A stretch of DNA of 64,000 bases, from the NCBI GenBank assembly GCA_963754315.1, contig CAVWFS010000009.1, positions 64,001-128,000 on the forward strand. Reading direction: 5' to 3'. A program made the translations under genes and the position numbers. Numbering within the stretch: position 1 is the stretch's first letter; every line of letters begins with the position of its first letter. The notes below the pieces were generated by a model that ran no database searches, was not told the origin of the DNA, and saw only the letters and a list, made by a program, of their open reading frames with translations. Shown in pieces: positions 50,006-59,714 of the stretch. The stretch is from an uncultured Candidatus Rokubacteria bacterium (GTDB lineage: Bacteria > Methylomirabilota > Methylomirabilia > Rokubacteriales > CSP1-6).

Positions 50006-51209
50006 ATGGCGATGACGAAAGCTCTGAACGGTATCCGGATCGTCGATCTGAGCCAGTACGAAGCCGGCCCCTCGTGCACGCAGTTGCTCGCCTGGCTGGG
50101 GGCCGAGGTCATCAAGGTGGAGCCCCTGGCCGGCGAGGCCAACCGGATCGGGCTCACCGACAGGCCCGGCGTCGATAGCTGGGGCTTCCTCTTCTTCAAC
50201 GCCAACAAGAAGAGCCTCACCCTCAACCTGAAGCACTCGCGCGGGCGTGCCGTGCTCGACGATCTGCTGCGCCGTGCCGACGTGGTCGTCGAGAACTTCG
50301 GCCCCGGAACCATGGAGCGGCTCGGGCTCGGGTGGGAGGCGCTGCACGCGCTGAATCCCCGGCTCATCGCCGCGTCCATCAAGGGGTTCGGCTCGAGCGG
50401 ACCCTACGCGGGCTACAAGAGCTTCGAGTTCGTGGCCCAGGCGATGGCCGGGGTGATGAGCCTCAATGGCGAGGCGGACGGAGGGCCCCTCAAGGTGCCC
50501 GCCGGGCTCGGCGATACCGGGGCCGGTCTTCACCTCGCCGTCGGCATCCTGGCCGCCATCATCCACCGCCAGGGCACGGGCCTGGGGCAGCAGGTGGAGG
50601 TCGCCCAGCAGGACGCGGTGGCCAACCTCACCCGCGTCCACATCCGCGAGCAGTACATGAACGGCGAGCCAGTGGCCCGCCGGGGCAATCGACAATTTGG
50701 CAATGCGCCAGTCAACGCCTACCGCTGCCGGCCCGGTGGCCCCAACGACTATCTGTTCGTCCACGGCGTGATCCCCGACATGTTCCAGGCCATCATGCGC
50801 ACCATCGGCCACCCCGACCTGGCCGACGATCCGTCACTGCAGACCCGATCCGGCCGCTTCGCCCGCGTGGACGAGATCGACGGGCTCATCGAGGCGTGGA
50901 CCCAGAAGCACACCAAGTTCGAGGCCATGGAGATCCTGGCCGGCGCCGGCGTCGCGTGCGGGGCCGTGCTCGACTCGGCCGAGGTGCTCTCGAACGAGCA
51001 CCTGAGATCGCGCGGGATGGTGGTGGATCTCGAGCACCCCGAGCGCGGCCGCTTTCCCCATGCTGGGCAACCCGGTGCGCCTGTCGGCTTCCCCTACCGA
51101 GGTCCACCGCGCCCCGCTGCTGGGCGAGCACACGGCGGAGGTGCTGGCCGGTCTGCTCGGGCTTTCCCCCGAGGAGGTGGCGCACCTCAAGCGGGACGGC
51201 GCGGCCTGA
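50006..51209 (+). CDS. CaiB/BaiF class-III CoA-transferase; one extra base near 51056-51059
   Basis: DLSQYEAGPSC, NANKKSLTLNLK, ENFGPG and GLGD; C-terminal APLLGEHT in the shifted frame. Confidence 0.9.
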
Positions 51210-51217
51210 CGAGGCTC

Positions 51218-52105
51218 TCAGAGCGGCGGTAAGTGCATCCGGTACCAATCGACGGTGGCGCGCATGACCTCGCTGAAGGCGGGCTCGGCGTAGACCTCGT
51301 AGTGGCCGTATCCGTGCAGCATGACCAGCTTCTTGGGCTCACCCGCCCGCGCATGGAGGCGGATTGATTCCTCGGGAGGAACGAGCCGGTCGTCGTCCGT
51401 GGTGATAAAGAGGATGGGGCGAGGGGCGATCTTGTCGACGACCCATTCGGGATTGAACCCGAGCGTGTCGTCCACGTACTCGAGCGGAATGGTGCCCACG
51501 GCGGCCGGGTTGGCCCGCCGCGCGACGGCGGCCAGCTCGGCGGATTGACGATCCGGCAGGAGAATTTCCTCGCGTTTCACGAACTCCGACTGCCCCTCCA
51601 TGACGCGTGTGGTCCGGTCGCGGCTCGCACGCTCCAGGAGGTCGTGCCACTCGTCGGGCCGTCGCACGCTCCGCATCCAGCGGGCTCCGTGCCCGATACC
51701 CACGACACTGACCGTGCACTTCACGCGGGTGTCGATGGCCGCCACCCACACCACGGTGGCACCGCCATAGCTCGTACCGTAGATCCCGAGGCGCTCGGGA
51801 CTCACCTCGGGCAGGGTGCCGATGAAGGTCAGCGCCGCCTGCACATCGGCGACGCGACTGTACGGTGCCAGCCGGCTGCGGGCGCCTTCGCTCGTCCCCC
51901 AGCCCTTGTAGTCGAAGGTCATGGCGACATAGCCGGCCTCGTTGAGGACGCGGGCGTTGTCGGGCAGGTATAGATCCTTGACGCCGGTGTAACCGTGGCA
52001 CAGCACGACACCGGCCCGCCGTTCGCCAGGTTTCCACGTGTCAGGCACGTAGACGTCACCGGCGAGCCGGAGACCTTCGCTGAAGAAGCTGACCGTTCGC
52101 TTCAC
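51218..52105 (-). CDS. Alpha/beta hydrolase
   Basis: CHGYTG, FDYKGWGTSEG, GTSYGG (GxSxG), DRLVP and GHY. Confidence 0.9.
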   Translation of the reverse strand: MKRTVSFFSEGLRLAGDVYVPDTWKPGERRAGVVLCHGYTGVKDLYLPDNARVLNEAGYVAMTFDYKGWGTSEGARSRLAPYSRVADVQAALTFIGTLPEVSPERLGIYGTSYGGATVVWVAAIDTRVKCTVSVVGIGHGARWMRSVRRPDEWHDLLERASRDRTTRVMEGQSEFVKREEILLPDRQSAELAAVARRANPAAVGTIPLEYVDDTLGFNPEWVVDKIAPRPILFITTDDDRLVPPEESIRLHARAGEPKKLVMLHGYGHYEVYAEPAFSEVMRATVDWYRMHLPPL

Positions 52106-52305
52106 GATGCTTGCCTCCTTCCGCACGCCGCACCGGCCGGGCCGCTCTCGGGCATGGATTCATCACAACGCTACCACGCGCAGCCGGCAGCGCGTTGCGC
52201 CCCCTGGCCGCGACCACCGAGCCCGTTGCCGTCGACCCATCCCCCACCGCGCAGCCCGCTTGCCCGGTGGCGAGGGCTCGGCTATCGTGCTGACGGGAAC
52301 CCGGC

Positions 52306-52680
52306 ATGGAGCTCAACCCTAAGCGTTACGCCGATACGGTGGTCCTCTCTCCGGCGGGGCGGATCGATCACGCCACCGCCGAGGCCTTCAAGAACGCCCT
52401 GACCAGTCATCTCACCCGATGCGCGGCGGGGCAGGACAAGCTCGTTCTCGACTTCGCGGATATCGAGTACATCAGCAGCGCCGGTCTGCGTGTGATCATG
52501 CTGGCCGGCAAACAGGCCAAGCACCAAGGCGGGACCTTGGTGCTGGCCGCACTCCGTCCGGTCGTGGCCGAGATCATCGAGATCAGCCGCTTTCATCTGA
52601 TCTTCCGGGTACACGCGTCGGTGCGGGAGGCTCTGGAACGCATCTCGCCGCCGGCGCTGGCCGCCTACGACACGACCTGA
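52306..52680 (+). CDS. STAS anti-sigma-factor antagonist (RsbV/SpoIIAA-like)
   Basis: GRID..A and LDFADIEYISSAGLRV phosphoacceptor motif. Confidence 0.92.
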   Translation: MELNPKRYADTVVLSPAGRIDHATAEAFKNALTSHLTRCAAGQDKLVLDFADIEYISSAGLRVIMLAGKQAKHQGGTLVLAALRPVVAEIIEISRFHLIFRVHASVREALERISPPALAAYDTT

Positions 52681-52687
52681 GGCGCGC

Positions 52688-53647
52688 ATGCGCATTCGCT
52701 TCTGGGGGACCCGCGGGTCGCTTCCGGTCGGCATGACAGCGGCCGCGGTCCGCGGGAAGGTCGTCGCGGCACTGACGGCCGTGCGTGGCCATCGGCTCGA
52801 CACCCCCGAGGCCATCGAGCGCTTCGTCGACGACGAACTGGCGTTCGCAGTGGCCGGCACGTTCGGCGGCGACACGTCCTGCGTGGAGATTCGCGCCGGG
52901 ACCCGCGAGCACGTGCTGTGCGATCTTGGGAGTGGGGCGCGCGCCTTCGGGAATCACGTGCTCGCCCGGGACGGGGCACGCACGCCCAACACCTTTCACA
53001 TCTTCATGTCCCACGTCCACTGGGACCACATCATGGGCTTCCCCTTCTTCATGCCCGCGTACCTGCCGGGCAATCGCGTCCGCATCTATGGCTGTCATCC
53101 GTTTCTCGAAGACGTTTTTCGGCGACAAAACGCAGCCCCCTGCTTCCCGGTCGACTTCGCGCGGATGGGTGCCGACATCCAGTTCATCACTCTGGAGCCG
53201 GACCGTGACTACCACGTGGCCGGCCTCCGGGTGCGGGCAAAGCGCCAGCGACACTCGGGGGACTCGTACGGCTATCGCATGGAAGGCGGTGGCCAGACGG
53301 TGGTCTACTCGACGGACTCGGAGCACAAGATGGACGATCCGGCCGAGGCGGCCGGCTTCGTCGATTTCTTCCGCGACGCCGACCTGGTGATCTTCGACTC
53401 CATGTATTCGCTGGCCGACGCGGTCTCCGTGAAGGAGGATTGGGGGCATTCCAGCAACGTGGTCGGGGTGGAGCTGTGCCAGATGGCGCGCGCAAAGCAC
53501 CTCTGTCTGTTCCACCACGAGCCGGTCTTCGACGACACGATGATCGCCCAGGTCCTGCAGGAGACGCGACGGCTCGAGGAAATCACACGCGGTGACCACC
53601 AGCTCCGTATCTCGGTAGCCTACGACGGGATGGAGATCACGCTCTGA
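52688..53647 (+). CDS. MBL-fold metallo-hydrolase (phosphodiesterase-like)
   Basis: FWGTRGS, GGDTSCVE, SHVHWDHIMG, WGHS and LFHHEP motifs. Confidence 0.9.
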   Translation: MRIRFWGTRGSLPVGMTAAAVRGKVVAALTAVRGHRLDTPEAIERFVDDELAFAVAGTFGGDTSCVEIRAGTREHVLCDLGSGARAFGNHVLARDGARTPNTFHIFMSHVHWDHIMGFPFFMPAYLPGNRVRIYGCHPFLEDVFRRQNAAPCFPVDFARMGADIQFITLEPDRDYHVAGLRVRAKRQRHSGDSYGYRMEGGGQTVVYSTDSEHKMDDPAEAAGFVDFFRDADLVIFDSMYSLADAVSVKEDWGHSSNVVGVELCQMARAKHLCLFHHEPVFDDTMIAQVLQETRRLEEITRGDHQLRISVAYDGMEITL

Positions 53648-53676
53648 TCCGAAGGCGCTGGTGGCTGGGCGGGCTG

Positions 53677-55704
53677 GTGCTCGTCCTGGCCGTGGGCCTC
53701 GTGGTGACCGCCGACATCGGGCCCCAGCGCGGGCTGCGTCTGGCGTGGTTCGACGCACTTCAGCGTCTGTCTCCCCGGGTCCGCGCGAGCGCGCCGGTCG
53801 TCATCGTCGACATCGACGACACGAGCGTGGCGCGCCTTGGGCAGTGGCCGTGGCCCCGAAGCGTGCTCGCCCAGCTTCTTCTCAGGATCGGAGCGGGCCA
53901 GCCCGCTGCCATCGGCGTCGACATCATCATGTCGGAGCCCGACCGGATGTCGCCCGATCGCATAGCGCAGCTCGTGCCAGGGTTGAGCCCCGAGACAGTC
54001 GAGGAACTGCGCCGGCTGGCGAGCACTGATACCGGTCTCGCCGAGGCCCTGCGCCGGCTCCCGGTCGTGCTCGGGGTAGCCGGCGTCGATCACGCGCGAG
54101 CCGACGCTCGACCCCGGCGGTTCGCACCGGTTCGGATCGTGGGCGGGGACCCGCGCCCGTGGCTGCAATTCTTCCCGGCGTCGCTTTCTAGCATCGAGCC
54201 GATTGATAGCGCGGCTTCTGGCCATGGTCTGATAAATGCCGACTCGCGATCTCCCGTCGTGCGACGGCTGCCTCTCATGGCCTCGGTGGCGGGGGCGCTC
54301 GCGCCGGGTTTCGGTGTCGAGATGCTCCGGATCGCGAGCGACCAGCAGCTCTTTACGCTCCAGGTGAGTCCCGCCGGGGTCACGGCGCTCGGGCTGGGCG
54401 ATCTGGTTATCCCGAGCGCGCCGGATGGCACGGTGTGGATCTACTACGCTGCTCGGGATGCGGCCCGCTTCGTGTCGGCGGCGGATGTCCTGTCGGGCTC
54501 GGCGGGATCCATCGATTTCACGCGAAAGCTGGTGCTCGTTGGCGCGAGCGCCCTCATGGATATCCACGTGACGCCCGTCGGGCGGATGCACGGCGTCGAG
54601 ATCCACGCCGAGCTCCTCGAGGGCATCTTCGACGGAAGCCTCCTGAGGCGTCCGCGGTGGGCTTGGTGGGCGGAGCTGGCGGTCGTTGGGGCCGCGGGTC
54701 TGTTGATCGTCCTGATCCTGCCGGGACTGAGGCCGGTCACCGGTCTCGCCCTCTTCGCAGGTCTTCTGATCCTGCTAGCCGGATCGGCGTACATGCTCTT
54801 TCGCTGGTACCGGCTCTTGGTCGACCCGGTGTTGCCGACGCTGGGACTGGGCGTGGTATTCGCGGGCATGGTGGGCGCAAGCTTGCTGGAGGCCAACAGT
54901 CAGCGCCGCCTTCTCCGGCGACAGCTGCAGCTCGAGCGGGAAGCCGCCGCGCGCGTCGCCGGCGAGCTCGAGGCGGCGCGCCGGATTCAGATGGGTATCC
55001 TCCCCGATCCCCTCACGGCGCTGGCCGGCGACGCGCGTCTGAGCGTCTTCGCCTTCCTCGAGCCCGCGCGCGTGGTGGGCGGGGATCTGTACGACTTCTT
55101 CAAGCTCGACTCCGACCGGATGCTGTTTCTCATCGGCGACGTCTCGGGTAAGGGGGTGCCCGGCAGCCTCTTCATGGCCGTCAGCAAGGCGCTCTACAAG
55201 AGCACGGCCCTGCGCGCGCACGAAGTGGGCAGCATGATGAGGGAGGCCAACCTCGAGATCTCCCGCGACAACCCCGAGGCGATGTTCGTGACGGTCTTCG
55301 TGGGTGTCATCGACGCGCGCCAGGGGGAGCTCGAATACTGCAACGCCGGACACCACGATCCGTACTTGCTCGCCGCCGATGGCCGGCCGGCGAGCCGCCT
55401 CCGCGAGGGCGACGGACCCCCCGTCTGTGTGGCAGAGGAGTTTCCCTACATTGCGGCCCGGCAGCGCCTCGCGCCCGGCGACACGCTGTGTCTGGTGACC
55501 GACGGGGTGACCGAGGCGGTCAACGCGGCCGGGGAGTTCTACGGGGACGAGCGCCTCCGCACCTTGCTGGCCAGCCTTGGTCCCACCGCCTCGCCGGAGG
55601 AAGTCGGCCAGGCGATCCGTAACGACGTCGATCAATTCTCGGCGGGGGTGCCGGCGGCGGACGATATCGCCATCCTGATCGTTCGTTGGAATGGAGGAGC
55701 ATGA
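53677..55704 (+). CDS. CHASE2 sensor, three TM helices and PP2C/SpoIIE phosphatase
   Basis: VIVDID..GQWPWPR and GVEIHA (CHASE2); VGGDLYD, GDVSGKG, TDGVTEA and DDI (SpoIIE). Confidence 0.93.
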   Translation: MLVLAVGLVVTADIGPQRGLRLAWFDALQRLSPRVRASAPVVIVDIDDTSVARLGQWPWPRSVLAQLLLRIGAGQPAAIGVDIIMSEPDRMSPDRIAQLVPGLSPETVEELRRLASTDTGLAEALRRLPVVLGVAGVDHARADARPRRFAPVRIVGGDPRPWLQFFPASLSSIEPIDSAASGHGLINADSRSPVVRRLPLMASVAGALAPGFGVEMLRIASDQQLFTLQVSPAGVTALGLGDLVIPSAPDGTVWIYYAARDAARFVSAADVLSGSAGSIDFTRKLVLVGASALMDIHVTPVGRMHGVEIHAELLEGIFDGSLLRRPRWAWWAELAVVGAAGLLIVLILPGLRPVTGLALFAGLLILLAGSAYMLFRWYRLLVDPVLPTLGLGVVFAGMVGASLLEANSQRRLLRRQLQLEREAAARVAGELEAARRIQMGILPDPLTALAGDARLSVFAFLEPARVVGGDLYDFFKLDSDRMLFLIGDVSGKGVPGSLFMAVSKALYKSTALRAHEVGSMMREANLEISRDNPEAMFVTVFVGVIDARQGELEYCNAGHHDPYLLAADGRPASRLREGDGPPVCVAEEFPYIAARQRLAPGDTLCLVTDGVTEAVNAAGEFYGDERLRTLLASLGPTASPEEVGQAIRNDVDQFSAGVPAADDIAILIVRWNGGA

Positions 55705-55742
55705 ACAGGGAGGCCCCGACACTGGCGCTCCTCGACCATGCG

Positions 55743-56402
55743 CTAGCGGATGCTGATCTCCACCCGGCGATTCCGCGGCTCGGGCATCTCGTCGGGGGTC
55801 GCGATCAGCGGCTCCCGCTCGCCCCGCCCCTCGATCACGATGCGATCGGCGGGGACGCCGGCCTTGACGAGCTCGTCGCGCGCCCGCTCCGCGCGCCGAA
55901 GCGACAGCGCGTCGTTGAACTGGACGGTCCCGACCCGGTCGGTGTGGCCGATGACGATCACCTCGGGGGCGGGTCGCCGCGCAATCTCGGCCAGGACGCT
56001 CTGGATGAGCTGCTTCGAGTCGGGAGTGAACTCGTCGCGGCCTTCCAGAAAATACAAGGTGAGCGACATGGGGCGCGGCGGCTGAGCGGCGAGCGCAGGA
56101 CCGAAAGCCTGGCGGACTTCCTCCGGGGTGACCGTTCGCTTCTCGACCCGACCCGGCTCCCTGATATGGGTGGCGGTGTGCGGTGTGTCGAGCACGTGCG
56201 CCTGTTCGCCATGCGTCACCGAAAGCGCTCCCGTCTTGCCTGCTGGGTCCGGCAGGAGAACGTAGAGGTCATCGCGCGAGGGTGGCTTCGCCTTAGCCTC
56301 GAGCGGCGGGGGATAAGCGACCTTCTGGACTCGCGGCGCCCGTGCGCACGCTCCCGACACCAGCAGCACGGCGACCACGGTGACGCCGGCTACCGCCCGC
56401 AT
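55743..56402 (-). CDS. OmpA-family lipoprotein
   Basis: Lipobox SGA-C; IGHTDRVG, NDALSLRRA, GRGE and NRRVEI motifs. Confidence 0.92.
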   Translation of the reverse strand: MRAVAGVTVVAVLLVSGACARAPRVQKVAYPPPLEAKAKPPSRDDLYVLLPDPAGKTGALSVTHGEQAHVLDTPHTATHIREPGRVEKRTVTPEEVRQAFGPALAAQPPRPMSLTLYFLEGRDEFTPDSKQLIQSVLAEIARRPAPEVIVIGHTDRVGTVQFNDALSLRRAERARDELVKAGVPADRIVIEGRGEREPLIATPDEMPEPRNRRVEISIR

Positions 56403-56410
56403 GAAGAGGG

Positions 56411-56866
56411 TCAGTTCGCGGCGCCCGCGGTCCGCACCACGAACTCAGTTCCGCGCACGCCGAGGATCGCCGCGGGGGTTCTGAGCTTCATGGCGTCGGG
56501 TGTTTGCTTGGCGATTTTCCCGGAAACGGCGGACAGGGTGCCCTGTCGGAGCGAGCTCTCGAACGCCCCTTGGTGGCTGGTGGGATCGAACACGAAGCGG
56601 TCGATGGCCAGGACCGTATCCGGGCCCAGGGAGAGCAGGCTGTTGTCGCGGAAGGTGATCCCGAGCGACGCGCCCGACCCGGTCACGAGCACGTCCCCCT
56701 CCCGTACCCGGGTACCGACCTGTACGGGCACCGTCTGTCCCGCGCGCTCGATGTGGGTGGCCCCGCTGGTCACCTTCACCTGTCCGATGTCCTGGGCCAG
56801 GGCAGGGCTGGCGATCAGGCTGAGCACGAGAGTCACGAATCCAATCGAGCAATGCACGCGCGTCAT
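56411..56866 (-). CDS. Secreted FecR-domain protein
   Basis: GDVLVTG, ITFRDNS.LSLGP and TPAAILGVRGTEF motifs. Confidence 0.88.
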   Translation of the reverse strand: MTRVHCSIGFVTLVLSLIASPALAQDIGQVKVTSGATHIERAGQTVPVQVGTRVREGDVLVTGSGASLGITFRDNSLLSLGPDTVLAIDRFVFDPTSHQGAFESSLRQGTLSAVSGKIAKQTPDAMKLRTPAAILGVRGTEFVVRTAGAAN

Positions 56867-56958
56867 GGGTCTCTCCTTCAGGAGCCGGGCACCGTCGAGG
56901 GGGTCGCTGAAGCTCCTCGTCGAGGTTGTGACCTCGCTGAAGGGCATGATAGCGTACA

Positions 56959-57417
56959 TTGTTGGATCCCCAGACAACTCGATCCTTTCCCGCCCGACTG
57001 GAGCTTCTGCCGAACGTCACCGCCTACCTCGAGGAGACCTGCACGGCGGCAGGCCTCGTCAGGGACGATTGTCTTCGGCTCACCCTGCTCGTCGAGGAGC
57101 TCTTCACCAACACGGTCGTGCACGGGCACGGAGGAGACACCGACGCGCCGGTGAGTCTCTCCGTCGAGGTGGGTGCCGGAGAGGTCGCGCTGACCTATGA
57201 GGACTCGGCGCCGTCGCGCGACCCGTTTGCCACGCTACCGCGGGCCCACGAGTCGTCCAGCGTGGAGGACCGACCTGTCGGAGGGCTCGGCCTCTCGCTC
57301 ATTGCCGGCATCGTCGAGCGTCTCGAATACAGCCACGTCGGCGGGCGCAACCGCTTGCACCTGGTCGTACGCCGGCCCCCGGCGGCCGGTGCCAGTCCGC
57401 GGCCGAGGGAAACCTGA
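56959..57417 (+). CDS. Anti-sigma regulatory kinase (RsbW-like HATPase_c)
   Basis: EELFTNTVVHG, YEDS..DP and GGLGLSLI motifs. Confidence 0.9.
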   Translation: MLDPQTTRSFPARLELLPNVTAYLEETCTAAGLVRDDCLRLTLLVEELFTNTVVHGHGGDTDAPVSLSVEVGAGEVALTYEDSAPSRDPFATLPRAHESSSVEDRPVGGLGLSLIAGIVERLEYSHVGGRNRLHLVVRRPPAAGASPRPRET

Positions 57418-57487
57418 CCAGGAACCGGCCCGGTCCGACACCGCCGCTTTCGCGCGCTCGCTGCTTCTCTGGTATCATCACGTTCAC

Positions 57488-57706
57488 ATGCTGCCACGGT
57501 TGGCCGATCTCGTGGGCCGAGCCATGATCGACGCGGACTTCCTGGACCAGCTCCGGCAAAGCCCGGAGACGGTTCTGGCAGGCTACGAGTTGAGCGCGGA
57601 GGAAAGGGTGCTGGTCACCAAGGCACTGGCGCACTTGACCCATGCCACCACACCGCAGCAAATCGACGAACTGAAGATCGATCTTCTCCGCCGCGTCGCC
57701 ACCTAG
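57488..57706 (+). CDS. NHLP-clan (Os1348/Franean1_4349-like) small protein
   Basis: LVGRAMIDADFLDQLRQSPETVLAGYELSAEE leader-type motif; TATCAT 9 nt upstream. Confidence 0.75.
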   Translation: MLPRLADLVGRAMIDADFLDQLRQSPETVLAGYELSAEERVLVTKALAHLTHATTPQQIDELKIDLLRRVAT

Positions 57707-57720
57707 CGCCGAGCCGTTCG

Positions 57721-58221
57721 ATGGCCAAACCCGCAGAGACCGTGGCCCTACTGCGGCAGGTGCGGGTGTTCCGACGAATCGCGCCCCAGGATTTGGAGGC
57801 CCTGGCGGCGACGTTGCGAGAGACAAGCCTCCGCAAGGGTCAGGTCCTTTTCCGGGAGGGGGACCCTGGCGACACCATGTACCTGGTCCAGCGGGGCACC
57901 TTGATCATCTCGAAGGCTGTCACCGGCAAGGTCGATCAAGTCCTCGCTCGCTTCGGTACCGGTGAATTCTTTGGCGAAATGGCCCTCTTCGACCGCGCCC
58001 CGCGCTCGGCGACCGTGCAGGCGGACACGGATGCCACCCTGCTCGCCCTGGACCGCCAGCATCTCGAACACCTGATCGAGGTCAACCCGCGGGCGGCCGT
58101 CGAGTTCTTCGAGGCTCTGGTCCACGTCTTCATCGACCGTTTGCGGGCCACCGGCGAACTGGTGGCGGAGGTCACTCGGTGGGGGCTCGAGGCGACGGGG
58201 CTGGACATCGAGGCCCGGTGA
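57721..58221 (+). CDS. Stand-alone cyclic-nucleotide-binding domain protein
   Basis: LFREGDPGDTMYLV and FFGEMALFDRAPRSATV; no HTH. Confidence 0.92.
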   Translation: MAKPAETVALLRQVRVFRRIAPQDLEALAATLRETSLRKGQVLFREGDPGDTMYLVQRGTLIISKAVTGKVDQVLARFGTGEFFGEMALFDRAPRSATVQADTDATLLALDRQHLEHLIEVNPRAAVEFFEALVHVFIDRLRATGELVAEVTRWGLEATGLDIEAR

Positions 58222-58240
58222 TCGCCGTGATCGTGCCGCC

Positions 58241-59470
58241 GTGAGCCAGTTACCGGCCGCTCCCCGCCGGGCTCGGATCGAGCTCCTGGTCCGCCACGGG
58301 GAGGACGCAGGGTTCGATCTCCGCGAGGTAGGCAGCGGCCCCGCGTTCCTTCAGCTCCGGCCCCGTCGGGTCGAGGCCGACTCCTTCGAGCTCGTGGAAG
58401 TGCCCTCCCGGCTGGGCGAGGGAGGGAGCTTCGTCCTGAAGAATACGAAAACGGACCGCTTCATCCTGCTCACAGCCCAGGAGCGCTTCCTGTGGGACCG
58501 CATGGACGGCTCGGTCAAGCTGCAGGACATGGCCACAGCCTACGTGCTCACGTTCGGCGCCTTCGACTTCGATCTCATTCCTCGCCTGATCCGCAAGCTT
58601 CAGGCGGCCCAGCTGCTCCAGATACACTCGGTCTCGCGTCTGCGCCGCGCGCTCGAGCGCAACCGGGACCGCCGGGCGGCCCAGGTGGTGTACACGGCCA
58701 TCACCGGCCTCGAGCGCATCAACATCTCGAGCCGCAACGTCCAGCCGTTCTTCAAGGCCCTCTACCGGTGGGGTGGCTTCCTGCTCTTCACGCCATGGGC
58801 CCTCCTGGCCCTGCTCGCGCTCACGGCGGCCGGGGTGGGCGCCAGCGTGATCATGTGGCGCAACGCGGAGCAGGTGGCGCATGGATTCGGCGAGCACTGG
58901 CTGCTCGCGCTCCTCTGCGTGAAGCTTCTCCTGCTGGCCACCATCGGCATTCACCAGCTCGTGCACGGTCTGGCGTGCGTGCACTACGGTCGCCGGGTGC
59001 GGGAGTTCGGCTTCACCTTCCTGCACGGCGTCGTGCCCACCTTCTACGTCGACGTCACCGACATGTTCATGACGACCCGACACGCTCGTCTGGTCACGGC
59101 CGTCTCGGGCACGTTGGTTCACCTCGCGCTCGGTTCACTATGGTTCGTCCTCGCCGCCTACCTGCCGCCCGGCTTCTGGCAGGCCTTCGCAGCAGCGTCT
59201 GGAATCATCCAGTGGCAGACCTTCGTGATCGCCCTCTATCCCTTCTGCTTCATCGAGATGGACGGCTACCACGTGCTTGTGGACATGCTCGGCGTGCCCA
59301 CGCTCAAATCGCAGGCCCTCACGTATGTGGGGTCTATCTTCCGCGGACGCGCCCAGTGGCCACTGGGACGGCAGCAGGCGCTCTACCTCGCCTACGTGGC
59401 GCTGTCCGCCGTCTCCGTGGGCGCGTTCGTGGCCTTCAACGTCAAGCTGATCCTGCATGCGATGTCCTAA
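58241..59470 (+). CDS. PqqD/RRE-like domain fused to an M50-family membrane peptidase domain (HQxxH variant)
   Basis: VLKN..RFILL..ERFLWDRMDGS.KLQDM; IHQLVH, FYVDVTD, VSGTLVH and EMDGYHVL. Confidence 0.78.
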   Translation: MSQLPAAPRRARIELLVRHGEDAGFDLREVGSGPAFLQLRPRRVEADSFELVEVPSRLGEGGSFVLKNTKTDRFILLTAQERFLWDRMDGSVKLQDMATAYVLTFGAFDFDLIPRLIRKLQAAQLLQIHSVSRLRRALERNRDRRAAQVVYTAITGLERINISSRNVQPFFKALYRWGGFLLFTPWALLALLALTAAGVGASVIMWRNAEQVAHGFGEHWLLALLCVKLLLLATIGIHQLVHGLACVHYGRRVREFGFTFLHGVVPTFYVDVTDMFMTTRHARLVTAVSGTLVHLALGSLWFVLAAYLPPGFWQAFAAASGIIQWQTFVIALYPFCFIEMDGYHVLVDMLGVPTLKSQALTYVGSIFRGRAQWPLGRQQALYLAYVALSAVSVGAFVAFNVKLILHAMS

Positions 59471-59690
59471 TGGGGGGCCTCGAAAGGGCCCCCCAAGCCC
59501 CCCAGCGCTCGGGGACGCCCCGGCACAGCCGTGGCGCCCCTCGGTCCTACGCTCGGTTTGGGGCCTCGAAAGGGCGATTTCCTAGTGGGGGGCCTCGAAA
59601 GGGCCCCCAGCCCCCCAGCGCTCGGGACGCCCCGGCAAAGCCGTGGCGCCCCTCGGTCATACGCTCGGTTTTGGGGCCTCGAAAGGGCCC
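59471..59690. repeat. Tandem ~115-bp REP-like palindromic repeat (2 units, 4 GGGCCTCGAAAGGGC cores)
   Basis: Unit 1 at 59471-59585 and unit 2 at 59586-59690 are near-identical; lies between convergent genes. Confidence 0.88.
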
Positions 59691-59714
59691 GCATCCGCTC
59701 GGCACACTCCTCGA

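Noticed and set aside
59471..59690. CRISPR array (four recurring GGGCCTCGAAAGGGC cores)
   Set aside because: The intervening sequences are duplicates of each other and of unequal length rather than unique spacers; no cas genes nearby
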